DNA of 64,000 nucleotides from NCBI RefSeq assembly GCF_006345805.1, contig NC_043007.1, positions 76,632,001-76,696,000 of the forward strand, given 5' to 3'. Below the pieces are notes generated by a model. It did no database searches. It saw nothing but the letters and a program-made list of their open reading frames with translations, and was not told where the DNA came from. Positions within the stretch are counted from its first letter, which is position 1. Each line of letters begins with the position of its first letter. This document shows, one piece after another, positions 40,085-51,689 of the stretch. The translations under genes were made by a program, and so were the position numbers. The stretch is from Octopus sinensis (Eukaryota).

Positions 40085-40520
40085 ATTATTTGTCAAACAT
40101 AAATGAGATGTATGCACATACATGTGCACTCTCCCCACCTTTCTTCCCCCACTCTCTCACCCAAGAATCAATAATTTAAGCTGTGGAGAATATCTAACTT
40201 TACTTTTTGCATTAGAGATCAATATAAATATTATTTTAAAATTTGTAAAATATGAAATTACTTAAAAAAGATGTTCAATATTTATAGATTTTCATCTCAG
40301 CACATATAATTTTCTTTTTTTAAGTTGTTTTATGGAGCTGTTTATCATGTATAACATTTATGTTGTCTTTATTTAAATAGATACTTTCAGTGTTGGAATA
40401 ATACGCATTAATCTAGTCAATGATGAGTTCAAGGCATGGTTTGGAATACCTCTTTAAAGTTTTTTCAGATTTGATGATTATTTTTGAGGCGAGATTCTTC
40501 TTCTTATTATTATTATTAAG

Positions 40521-41430
40521 AGGTGGTGAGCTGGCAGAGTCATTAGTGCATCAGAGAAGATGCTTAGTGACATTTCTCCTGGCTGTTTACATTCTGAGTT
40601 CAAATTCCATTGAGGTTGACTTTTCACTCTTTTGGGAATATAAAATAAGTACCAGTTAAGTAATGGTCCCAGTGTAATCGATTTGTCCTCTCTTTTGAAA
40701 ATTGCTGGCCTTGTGCCAAAATTAGAAAGAATTATAATTAGGGTGGCAAGCTAACAAAATACTTAGTGGTATTTCTTCTGTTTCTTTACATTCTGAGTTC
40801 AAATCCCACCAAAGTTGGCTGCCCTTCATCCTTTTGGAATCAATAAAATTAAATTCCAGTCCTGTACTGAGATCAATGTAACTGACTTGCCTCCTCCTAT
40901 CTAATTTGCTGGCCTTGTGCCAAAATTTGGAAAGAATAAATCAGGTTAATAAAATAAGTATCAGTTGAGTACTGGAGTCAAAGTAATTGACTAGTCATCT
41001 CCACATAAAATTTCAGGCCTTGTGTCTTTAATAGAAATAATTATTATTAATGTTAAACAATTGTTGGCAATGGATGCGAGAATTGGTCTTTCACTAATTC
41101 TACAATTTGAACTGAGTTCAAACTCCACCAAGGTTGAGCTCTGCCTTTCATTCTTCTGGGATTGATAAAATAAAAGTACAGGTGCACTACTTGGTGTGAT
41201 ATAATTAACTGGTTGGTACCCTAAAATTTGCGGCTTTTAGTTTAAGTTAGAAATTATTATTTGCATATCAAATAGCAGAATCAATAGAATATCAGAATGA
41301 ATATCTTCAGTATTTAGTTACATGATGTTTTTCCAATTTTAGGCCCGATCAGAGAAATTTTTATCTTTCTTTGGTTCAAGGTTGATAAAATAAGTATTGG
41401 TATTGATTAAATTGATTATGCCCTTTGTAC
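40521..41430 (+). mobile_element. Head-to-tail stack of 4-5 decayed SINE family A copies
   Basis: Recurrent ctgagttcaaat..gcctttcat..gataaaataagtaccagt..ggccttgtgccaaa..attatta. Confidence 0.7.
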
Positions 41431-41759
41431 CATGACAAAAAAAAGTTGGCTAATTACAAGAAAAAAAAAAAAAAAAAGCCATCATGAGAGAGAAGAGATG
41501 AATACTTACTTATGCAATAAATAATTGCTTGAGTTCATTTAAAAAAAATCCTTTTTATTAAATCAAAACTCTCTTAAAGGCAACCAGCTTTACTGAATTT
41601 CAGTGATGAAGTAATAGCAGTTTTTATTCAGATTTACTGTTCTAGATAGGTTGTCTGTACTGAGGCTTGTTGCATCTGTCTCCTCAGCTCATTCTGTTTT
41701 GGTGTGTTTTTATAGTTCTATGGCGATATTATCACAAACTACTTTAGAGTGTGGACAAG

Positions 41760-42070
41760 ATTCATTTTATTATGTTATTTGTACTAGAAAGGTTAGCTCT
41801 GACAAGACCTAAAGAGTTCTCTTCAATCCTAATTTGCATTATATTTGTGTAAATAATTGAACTAATATGTTTCATTAAAGAAATCAGATATAAAACTAGA
41901 GTGTGGACTGGTTGAGTAGAGTTTAATTTGAATTGTTGCATGTTAATGTTTATTGGAAGATGTAGGCAAAGTAAGATGTAAAACTGATTGTATTTCAAAA
42001 TTAACATTAAATGTGAATTAGCCATAACAAGTACTTGATCTAAAAAGTGATGTATTGATTGATACAAGCA
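41760..42070 (-). mobile_element. Possible Penelope-like RT remnant, very decayed
   Basis: QFYILLCLH..; ISSIIYTNI; STNNII loosely parallel the FY.LPK.H, D..SLYTNI and L.NNYF motifs. Confidence 0.25.
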
Positions 42071-42556
42071 AACAAAATTCTTAATTGAAATTATCTAGAG
42101 AAAGAAAACCTAAACCTCGTGGCAACTGTAGAGGCACTCAAAGAAAAGGAGAGATAATTCCAAGAAATTAGGATTTACCTCTCAAAGTTAATGTGTATTT
42201 TTATTAGAAGGAAAGGTCCGTTCTTTATTTGCAAGCAAGCAACAACTATGGAGGTCTTTCAGTCTAAAAGTCCTCAATAGCATATCATTGGCCCAGTGGT
42301 ATGTTTATATTTTTTAATTATGAAAATTATGCTGGCTTCAATATTATTGTAATTCTTTTCCTGTTTGTAAAAATGCAAGTTAGCTATCATACTTTGTAGG
42401 CTTGGTTAAACTTTACAGTGCTTATTAAATCCTGCAGACTAAAGCATTTTCATAGTTGTCCCTTGTCTCCAAATGCAGATCAAATTTTCTTTTTTTATGA
42501 AAATTAACTTTGCAATATTGATTCCTGATTACTTAAAATTATTCCCATTTTGCCAG

Positions 42557-42867
42557 ACTCGTCCGGCACCACCATCCGTTCGTGGCCGTTGCCAGTGCCG
42601 CCCCGACTGGCCTCGTGCCGGTGGCACGTAAAAAGCACCATCCGTCCGTGGCCGTTTGCCAGCTCCGTCTGGCATCTGTGCGGGTGGCACGTAAAAAGCA
42701 CCCACTACACTCACAGAGTGGTTGGCGTTAGGAAGGGCATCCGGCCGTAGAAACACTGCCAGATCAGACTGGGCCTGATGCAGCCTTCTGGCTTCACAGA
42801 CTCCAGTTCAACCGTCCAACCCATTGCTTAGCATGGAAAGCGGATGCTAAATGATGATGATGATGAT
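42557..42867 (+). mobile_element. RTE 3'-region copy, young
   Basis: CpG-rich gtgccggtggcacgtaaaaagcacc units; ends gcggatgctaaatgatgatgatgatga. Confidence 0.85.
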
Positions 42868-44442
42868 TTTCTTCAAGCATCTCTAACAATTGCTACCAGG
42901 TTTTTTCTTTCTACTGAGGCAAAATGATTGTTTTCCTCAGTGAGAGGGAAATCTTGATTACACATTTTTTTGTGTATACATTCAGTATATCACCTTTTGA
43001 ACTTAATTATCCAAATTCATGCCATCAACCCATTTAAGCTATTTCTTCCAGCTCATCCTGTCGTTTGTATCCATGTTCTGGGTAAATAAAAGACAATTGA
43101 TATCATGCAAAAAGGAGACAAGTTTACATTATTCAAGCTTTCACAGTAATTCTGTTAAATTCTAAGTTTCTGTGTTGTATCTAAAGATACAACTTACTAT
43201 GCTAGTACAATTTAAACTCTGCCTATAACTGTCTTGGTTAGTCAAAAATAATTAATGCCTCTTACTTGAAATATCTTTAGACAGCAATATTTTGGAAAAA
43301 AGAAAATTAATAGTATTCTCATTTTAATACTATGTTAACAAAATGACTAGATGGCTCATACTTGACTGGTATTTTGTTTTATTGACTATTGAAGGCTGAA
43401 AGGCGGGATTTAAACTCAGAATGCTAAGAATTAGAACTGACTTGGACATTTTTTGATAGACTGTACCAATATACTTTGGTTTATTTCTTTGCTTGTTACT
43501 ACATTGACTGAAACATTCAGAGCTTTGGTCAGGTGTCAAATATACTGCTTCACTTTTTTTTTTCCAGTTATCTTCATAGTTTAATAACAGTATGTCCATC
43601 TAATTGCTATTTTTCCTTCTGCTATTCAGACTGTCTTGTCATGAGATATTTAGGTAAAATCCTCTCTAAATTTTGTTACATAAAGAGCATAGCATAGAAG
43701 ACAAAAACAGTAAAAGCTACTAAAACTTTCATTTTATTTTTTAGTGTTTATATTTGAGATTTCTGTTTGTAGTTTTCCAGTAATCTCTTGATATTGTATG
43801 TTTTGTTCTATTGTATTACTCTGTTTGCTTTTGTATGCAAACTTTCTTTTGTCTTTTACCTAATTATCATAATTAGCAATTATGGTCATTGTTAATTGAT
43901 GACTATAGCTATATAATTTGAAAAGTGACAATTTGACCTGCTTTTAGTAGATGATTAAACTTACTACTGATAAACTGTGGTGAGAGTTTAATACATTCAG
44001 TTTGCGTTAGTAGTCACTGAGGGTGTGCAATTGGTTTTGTCAGTATGGTTTGTAACTCTTCTCTTAGCTTGTGTGCCTGTGGTTATATCAACTCTCAATT
44101 ATCTGACCTATCTAGTTGTAAATAGGTATCTCAAAAAAGAGAAGTTCACAACTGCAAGCAGCTGGGGTATTTTATAATTGAAATGTGTTCCAGAAGCTCT
44201 TGTCGTCTTCAGTTAAAATCATGCCTTGACATTGTTTGAAGAACAATTAACATTAAGCAGCTATTACAGGAAATCAATCCTATTTTAGTTCATTTTCATA
44301 AAATACAGGTGTAAGATATAGAGAGATAACTGCTAAAAATTAGAAATTTTCTAATTAACAAATTAAAAATTAAATGAATGTTATATTTAAAATATCTTAA
44401 ATTTTATAACACCTAATAAAAGTTGTACTCTTTTCTTTTCAG

Positions 44443-44514
44443 TAATAAATCTTATAAACGGACTTTTACAATACTAAAACATGTAAAGAAGCTTTTTCAA
44501 GTGCTGTAGTAGAG
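44443..44514 (+). other. Candidate exon with textbook splice signals but stops in all three frames
   Basis: cctaat branch, tactcttttcttttcag acceptor, GAG|gtaagt donor; 72 nt. Confidence 0.5.
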
Positions 44515-46934
44515 GTAAGTAGGTTGTCTCTTAAAGATTTAAACTTTATGGTGTTCTTAAAAAGAAAATTTAGGAAAAGTGCTCAATAGCACTGATGTTG
44601 TGCTGCTTATTCTGACTCTTTGCTTTCTGAGTTCAATTCAGCCTCCTATCACTTGCCTTTTTGTAATAGTCAACAAGTCTTTCAGGACCCAGCTAACAGC
44701 AGCATGCCTCTCATGTCAAATGAAGTAATGCAGTGAGTAGAGTAATATCTCAGTCACATCAATGCAAAAACAAGTGGAATCTGCACTAAAATGGAATAAA
44801 TACTTGAACAAAAAAATAAAGGAACAAATAAATTAAGATGGAAATGTTGAGCTTAAGTGTATACTAAGTTTATGAAAATTCAAAGCATTAAGTGTTAAAA
44901 CAATTTACTGATTAAAACCCATAATCAAAAGCAGAGGGTTGAATGCTATTCAAGGAAGATTTGATGGCTATTTGCTGTTGGTCAAATGACTAAATAGTGG
45001 CTCTCCTATTGGTTGATATTGCATTGTTCTTAAGCAGTGTATTTGTCTTCTTGCAGAGCAGTCAAAGCTAAATGTTTAATAAGTTTGCTTCACAATTATG
45101 ATTACACAGTTTCAATCCTACTGTGCTGCTTCACCTTGGATAAGTGCCTTCTACCATAGCTGCAGTTTATCACCCAAACCTTGTTATGGAAATGTAGTAG
45201 ATGGAAACCATGGTGATGATTATCTGACTATATTTGTAGTTCTCTGGGTACAATTTAAGGGTAATTTAATTGTGCAAATATCTGTGGAATACTCAGTCAC
45301 TTACACTATAATTTAATTTATAGGTTGTTCAATTTATTGAACAACTGGATGGAAAAAAACCCTTTATTTATCTAATTTATCTTAGTTAATGGTGAGAGAT
45401 ATTAAATAATATGCAATCTCTTACAATTTATGCAAATATCCAGATTAATTAAACCATTCAATCTATATTGGTGCTGAAACAATACATATGAAATAATTAA
45501 AATAGATTTGGATTGTGGATCATATTGAAAAAACATTGATAAAAATTAGTTGATATACTATTTAATTTTGAATTTCTCTTGTGAATAAATAGAATAAGTA
45601 ATGCTGGAATTAAAACTATTTGCTTATTTAGCTATAGATATTGTAAAAGGATATTGTGTAAGTGTTATATATTTATTGTAAGTAGTGTGATAACTTTTGT
45701 CAGTTTAGGCTATACCTATGTTGAGGAAAGGTAAACATTACTGAATGATGCTTAAACTAAAATGTAAAATGAGATAACAGTGACAAAGGAAAAAAAGAAA
45801 ATATGATGCAGTTGAATCCTAATTAATGAAAGTTGGTAATAGGTTATTGCAGTGAAGGGAAGGAGAGGTTAACTCTGGATATGTCTCAATTTCATTAGAT
45901 CACCTTAGTAAATCCTCAGTGAAGCATAGACATTAATGTACTTACTAGATAACTAGAGAGAACATATATTCATATACAAGGAGTGTACATACACTGATGA
46001 AAAGGTTAAAGAAATTCACCAAAGAAACTGTTTTATCAAGTATAATAGAAATAATTGGAAGCATTTTGAGAAAGGGAACAATCATTACCATCATCACTTT
46101 TATATTCACTTTTCCATGCTTGCATTGGTTGGATAGGTCCTTTTCAACATTGTTTCACTACTTTTCGCATTGTTTTATCATCTCATTTGTGAGTTTCAGT
46201 ATTCTAGGATCAGCTTTTCTCACTTCTGCCCATGTCTTCTTTGGACTTCCTCTTCCATAATTTCCTTCTACTTGAATATCCTGTTACTTCTTTATCCATC
46301 TTTTATCCTCCATATGCATTGCTTGCCTGTACCAATGCGTCTTCTTGCATACTACAACTGATTCCTTTTGTATTTAGTGTATCTTTCAGTTCATCCTTAC
46401 CTTGTCATTCATTCACACAAATTTTGTACATCCAGCAGAGAATGTTTACTTCATTTCTCTTCAACCTTCACACATCCTTTACAATTAGTGCCCACCTCCT
46501 CATTATCATGTTGCAATGCATTTCATCTGAATGTAACATACTGTCTACGTGTCACTTGAAGAGAGAGAATCCCTTTGTTGCCAGCAGGAGTAGTAAGCTC
46601 TCTGAACTTTTCCCACCTTGTTTGTGTCTACTGCTGTGAAGGCTTTCAATCCAAGCATACAACATAAAAATTACAGCTACAGGATCCTGTAAGTGGCATC
46701 TGGGACAGAAAGAAGAAACAGATTGGAATGTAAAAGTGGGAATATTGGAGAGTTGCATGATGAAGTTCGACCAGAGACAATTCCAAATTACTCCAGTCTG
46801 CCTAGTTGAAATTGATCCGAATCTTATTTCATATTTGAGAGTAGTTTAACATAAACCAGACTGCATTCATACAGACATGATGCATATGGAGAGTAGCAGA
46901 TGAGTATAAAGAGTGTTAGGATATGCAAGTATAT

Positions 46935-47450
46935 ATATCATCATCATCATCATCATACATCCATTGTCCATGCTGCATGGGTTGGCATGCTGGAAGGCTG
47001 CACCAGACTTCAGTCTGATTTGGCATGGATTTCTACAGCAGGATGCTCTTCCTAATGCCAACCACTCTGAGAGTGTTGTGGGTGCTTTTACGTGCCACTG
47101 GCATGACACCAGGGTGCATTTACATGCTACCAGCACAAGTGCCACTTTGCATGACACCAGTATCTGCCATAACTGCGATTTTGCTTGGCTTGATAGGTCT
47201 TCTCAAGCAGGACATAATGCCAAAGGTCTTGGTCATTGCCTCCATAACACCCAACACTCGAAAGGAACTCAGCCACTTTGCCTCCGTCAGGCCCAACACT
47301 TGAAAGGAACTCAGCCATTTTGCCTCCGTGATGACCAATGTTCAAAAGATGTTCTTTATGTGCCATCAGCACAGGTGCACTTAGCTTGACAGGTCCTCTC
47401 AAGCACAGCACATTGCCAAAGGTTTTGGTCATCAGTCATTGCTGTTCTAT
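46935..47450 (-). mobile_element. RTE 3'-region copy, including a 2x ~40-nt internal repeat
   Basis: (ATC)n tail, ggatgctcttcctaatgccaaccactc; cccaacact(c/t)gaaaggaactcagcca(c/t)tttgcctccgt occurs twice at ~47249 and ~47292. Confidence 0.75.
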
Positions 47451-47471
47451 CTTTTTGAGATGTGGAATTCT

Positions 47472-48055
47472 GTACATTATTTACATTAGACAGATGTGTC
47501 CTCATCTTGTTCGTTGTTACCACAAAATTTTAGCTGATTTGCTCTCCAGGTAGGATTTTGAACCCAATCCTGGGTTCCATTCCTAAACTTCACTCTATAA
47601 TTGCCCATGGGCATATAGCATAATGGTTAAGAGCACAGGCTACTAACCCCAAGATTGCGAGTTCAATTCCAGGCAGTATAAATTATAATAATAATAATAA
47701 TAATAATAATGATAATAAAAATAATAATGATGATAATGATAATAAAAATAATAATGATAATAATAATAATGATAATAATAATAATGATAATAACAATAAT
47801 GATGATAATAAAAATAATAATGATAATGATAATAAAAATAGCGATAATAATAATAATGATAACAATAATAATAACGATAATAATAATGATAATAATAATA
47901 ATAATAACATCAGCAAAAAAATACCTGAGGAATGAGAACCCAGGATTGGGTTCAAAATCCTAATTGGACACCTGATGAAGGCTGGGGAGCAAATCAGCTG
48001 AAGCGTGGTAACAACAAAGATAAGAACACATACCTGTCTAATGTAAATAATGTAC
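47472..48055 (+). mobile_element. Composite tRNA-head/(AAT)n/hammerhead-tail element with an inverted 3' copy upstream
   Basis: Inverted arm 47472-47586; tRNA-like head 47609-47677 (A box TAGCATAATGG, B box GTTCAATTCC); (AAT)n 47680-47908; tail 47909-48055 with GACAC CTGATGA AGGCTG..CAGCT GAAGC. Confidence 0.75.
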
Positions 48056-48059
48056 CAGT

Positions 48060-48290
48060 CATTGCTTTTGTGAAGCTCAAAGATCATGCTTCACCACCTC
48101 TTCCCATGTCTTCTTAGGCACACCTCTACCATAGGTTTTTTCCAGAATTTCTTTACTCATGACCATACTAGTGCAGTCTCTCTTGCACACCACATCTGAT
48201 TCCTCTTATGCCTAACTTTTCTCTCAAGATGCTTGTACTGTATATACAATATTGACTATGTAAGATCATTGACATGATAATTCTTGTAAA
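48060..48290 (-). mobile_element. RTE ORF2 C-terminal remnant
   Basis: gatcatgcttcaccacctcttcccatgtcttc is the reverse complement of the KTW.EVVKHDL segment seen at 921-1110. Confidence 0.6.
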
Positions 48291-48814
48291 TACTATGATA
48301 GCTACTGTTACTAGCAAGTTAAAGGAGATGGGAATCTATATGTATATATAAAGTACATAGACCACAGCAGTTGATGGGATAATTTTCATTACAAACTACT
48401 TCGAATGTAAAAGAATTTATTCAAACAATGAGATTTTAAAATAAAAGTTAGCATTTAGCTTAGTTGTTAGTGATGCTAAAATTAACATTCTATAAAAATT
48501 ATGAATAGCTTATAGTGTAGTAATATTTGATTCAAATTGTGTAGTTCAACTAGTTCAAATTTGCTCAGATGTTGTCAACAATGATAGCTTATTTAAATGA
48601 TTTAAAAACAATTTATAACCAGATATTCTATACTAGTATGGTTTGGATTTCTCTACAATTGAGATATTTGTATGATTTTCCAGAATAAGTGGTTTTAATA
48701 TTTGCTTTCAAATATGAATTGGGTTTTGACCAATTTTAACTAGGTTCTCTAGAGCAAAGAATTGGGATTGCCTCCAACAGGACTTCAACCGCAACTGTAG
48801 TATAGCATCTAACT

Positions 48815-50324
48815 TCAGATGGACAGACTGAAAGCAGCTGACGCCCACCTAGCACTGTTCTTGTTAAGGAACTGCTTCGCCATGCTAAAACTATTGTATA
48901 CCTGCTGCAGTGCTTCTTGCTACAGCCATCTATCTCTCCTCATAGGTCTTGATACCTGTATTCAGCGGGCTGCTGAAGAGATATGCAATGTTTGGTTCAC
49001 TGGATGGAAACAGGCCATCTTACCCACCAAATATGGTGACCTCAGCCTTTGATATCCAGTCTTACTGGCCCTGCTGGCTTTTCTCTTATCGATGAGCTCT
49101 TGCTGTGTCCTCATTAACAAGGTTCTTCACAACATAACTGAACCATCTGTGATTAAGGAACACAAAGCAGCCTACACGACATGGAGCCAGCTTGGCCTAC
49201 GCCCTGCTGATGTCCATTCTCTTTTCCCCTCTATGGATATCTGGTCTTCATCATCATCATCATCATCATTTAGCGTCCGCTTTCCATGTTGGCATGGGTT
49301 GGACGGTGCAACTGGGGTCTGGGAAGCCAGAAGGCTGCACCAGGCCCAGTCTGATCTGGCAATGTTTCTACGGCTGGATGCCCTTCCTAATGCCAACCAC
49401 TCCATGAGTGTAGTGGGTGCTTTTTACGTGCCACCGGCACAGGTGCCAGACGAAGCTGGCAAACGGCCACGGTCGGATGGTGCTTTTTACATGCCACCGG
49501 CACTCAAAAGAAATGGGATGCCCTCCAGTGTAGTATGACCACAAACAAGTTAGTGTGCTGACTTGACCAGCACCATCTGGCATGTTTCTGCTCAGCCTCC
49601 AAGCTTCACAGTAGAACTTGGCTCAATACAGTATCATCATTCGCAACTGGCACTTAGCTTGATAGCAACTGGTTGGACATTGGCATTTCCTTGAGGCTTG
49701 GTCTCCAGATCTGTGAGCCTCATGAATGTTGCTGTGGATCCACTGTGGATTCTTTTGGCCTCCACTCACTGTCCATGCTATCATAGTGCTGGCCACCTTC
49801 CGTGCCATGCTGACCTTAAAAAAAATCATAAAGCATGACCTAGACGCTACAGGCTTCCCAGCTTGATCCAGTGGGACTAGACCAAAGGGATGGTAAAAGG
49901 CAGGATGGTATGACAATTTTCCCTTCCTGTGGCGGTAGGCCCTTCATCTGGGATGCCACATACTGTGTGACACCTTCTCCAGTGGCAATTTGGTGTTAGC
50001 TACTAGCCCAGGTGCTGCTGCTCATCAGCTGAGAAAAACAAACTGTCATGGTATCAGTTGCTCTCTGACAGGTTTATGGTTGAGCCTGTGACAGTTGAGA
50101 TCTCCAGGGTTCTTGGCCCCCAGACCACATCCCTACTCACAACCATTGGGGCAGAGATTGCTGTCCGCAAGTGTGAGCTCTGTGGGTCAGAGTGGCTGTT
50201 CCAGTACATCTCCCTTGCTATCCTCTGGGGCAACGCCTTTTCCATTTTATCTGCTGTTGACATGAGAAATGTTTCTATATTGCGAGAGGCAAGATTCTCT
50301 GTTAATCCATCATGCACACTATAA
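48815..50324 (+). mobile_element. CRE-clade non-LTR retrotransposon remnant (RT C-terminus plus restriction-like endonuclease)
   Basis: DAHLALFLLRNCFA..KLLY..ICNV..WKQAILPTKYG; C-terminal FMVEPVTVEISRVLGPQ..WLFQYISLAILWGNAFSIL; many stops; interrupted at 49248-49503. Confidence 0.75.
49248..49503 (-). mobile_element. RTE 3'-region copy, young, nested in the CRE remnant
   Basis: Closely matches the reverse complement of 42557-42867 and resembles 18195-18458. Confidence 0.85.
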
Positions 50325-51244
50325 GCTTAAGAGTGTCTCACAGAGATACATCTCCTATATAGAAACACACATATTCACGTCTACTCTTTCTCTCTCTTTG
50401 CATATAGTTAATACTGTTATTTACCAACTAATATCTCCACTGTCCATACTGTTTTTGTTTCACTAATGTGTATACATCTTGGACCACCTATAATTTACAT
50501 TGTTGATGAATGTAGTACATATTCTTTAATTTAGTCTTTCTTTAAGTAGTTTCTGTTGACACTTACAAGGCTCTATTTAACTGTAAAAAAAATGTGACTC
50601 TTGTTTCTTTACAATAGGCACAAGGAGTCTAAGTGAAGTGAAATAGCTTTCATGTTGAAATCCTGTACTGAACTTAACTCACTTGGAGCTTTATTGGTTG
50701 TTCTACAAATCTCACCATATTGCTTTCTATTTTAAACTTTAACATTAATCAAAATAAAAAAATTTTGTTCGAAAAGTTTAGTTTCTAAACCTCTTTGAAA
50801 AGTACTGTGAACAATTTTACTTTATTTTGTAGTAATTTGTTTAAACATCATTGATCTTAAATGTTTATATGTAAAGATTCCTGACAGACTAGATTTATTA
50901 TGCAATAGACGCTTTTAGCATTCACAGTTAGTGTAGAAACAAAGTGGTTTATAATAGCATACTGCTTGCTCAAAGTTTCTGTTTTGACAGCTACCTTTTT
51001 ATTTTATTTTATTTTATTTTTTTTTTACTGATCAGAACCAAAATATAATCATGATTTCATTCATCAGTCACTTGGCATCTTACTTTTAATTTGAAATCAG
51101 GAAGTGTTCTTTATTGCAACAAAACTTTCTGGCAGCTGCTCTACCATGTTAGATTGCATTGTGATCAGTTTAGTTTCATTTTTATTTCATATTAATAGGA
51201 TGTTATTTGGTTGGGACTGCTAATGTATTTGGCTTGTAATGCAG

Positions 51245-51275
51245 TCAAATGAAGCAGCATTTCCTACCAGTGCAG
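51245..51275 (+). CDS. Candidate 31-nt exon (phase 0: SNEAAFPTSA; phase 2: QMKQHFLPVQ)
   Basis: Branch-like tgctaat ~20 nt upstream of ..taatgcag, donor CAG|gtaaag. Confidence 0.3.
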
Positions 51276-51689
51276 GTAAAGAGTTAAACTCTGCTTGAAA
51301 TGTCAGTATACTCTAATTTGCTGGATAATTCCTTTTAGATTAGCTAATCATTTTTTCTTACATTATTTGCTTCAGCTAGTAGATAATAGGTTTCTGCTAG
51401 GCTTACCACAGTGTAAATCTAATGATTTGGAGCGATATAATGAGAAAAACGAAGGTGTAATTACTAAAAAGGAGAAGAAAAAAATAAGAACAAAGATAAA
51501 GTTTTAGAGAAGGTGAATGGGATATTGGGACATGATTGCTTTATTGAAAGGTGTTAAGTTTGTTAATGATGTATACTTATGGTTGTCATTTTATGTAGTT
51601 AGATATATGCACAAATTTATAGATTAGTGGCTTGGTCAAATAATTAAATGATTCTTATAGACAGATTTTTGTTCAGTTCATTTGTGCTC

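Noticed and set aside
42590-42640. HDV-like ribozyme in the 66-nt unit (GCC-GCCCCGACT-GGC..CGTGCC-GG resembles HDV P3/L3/P1/P1.1)
   Set aside because: Extra bases separate the putative P3' from P1', no J4/2 with catalytic C or P2 closure was found, and HDV-like ribozymes of RTEs are expected at the 5' end.
44170-44215. CTGAAGA..GGAAC on the minus strand as a third hammerhead type
   Set aside because: Stems I and II cannot be formed and the GAAA box is altered.
45057-45230. Acceptor gtcttcttgcag followed by RAVKAKCLISLLHNYDY..
   Set aside because: Stops in all phases before any good donor.
47609-47677. Possible functional tRNA gene
   Set aside because: A and B boxes are present, but the acceptor and anticodon stems do not pair properly, and it is fused to a repeat body; treated as a SINE-like head. 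The same applies to 24965, 7178 and 34788.
47683-48087. Ile/Met-rich and Leu-rich ORFs
   Set aside because: Translations of the (AAT)n spacer.
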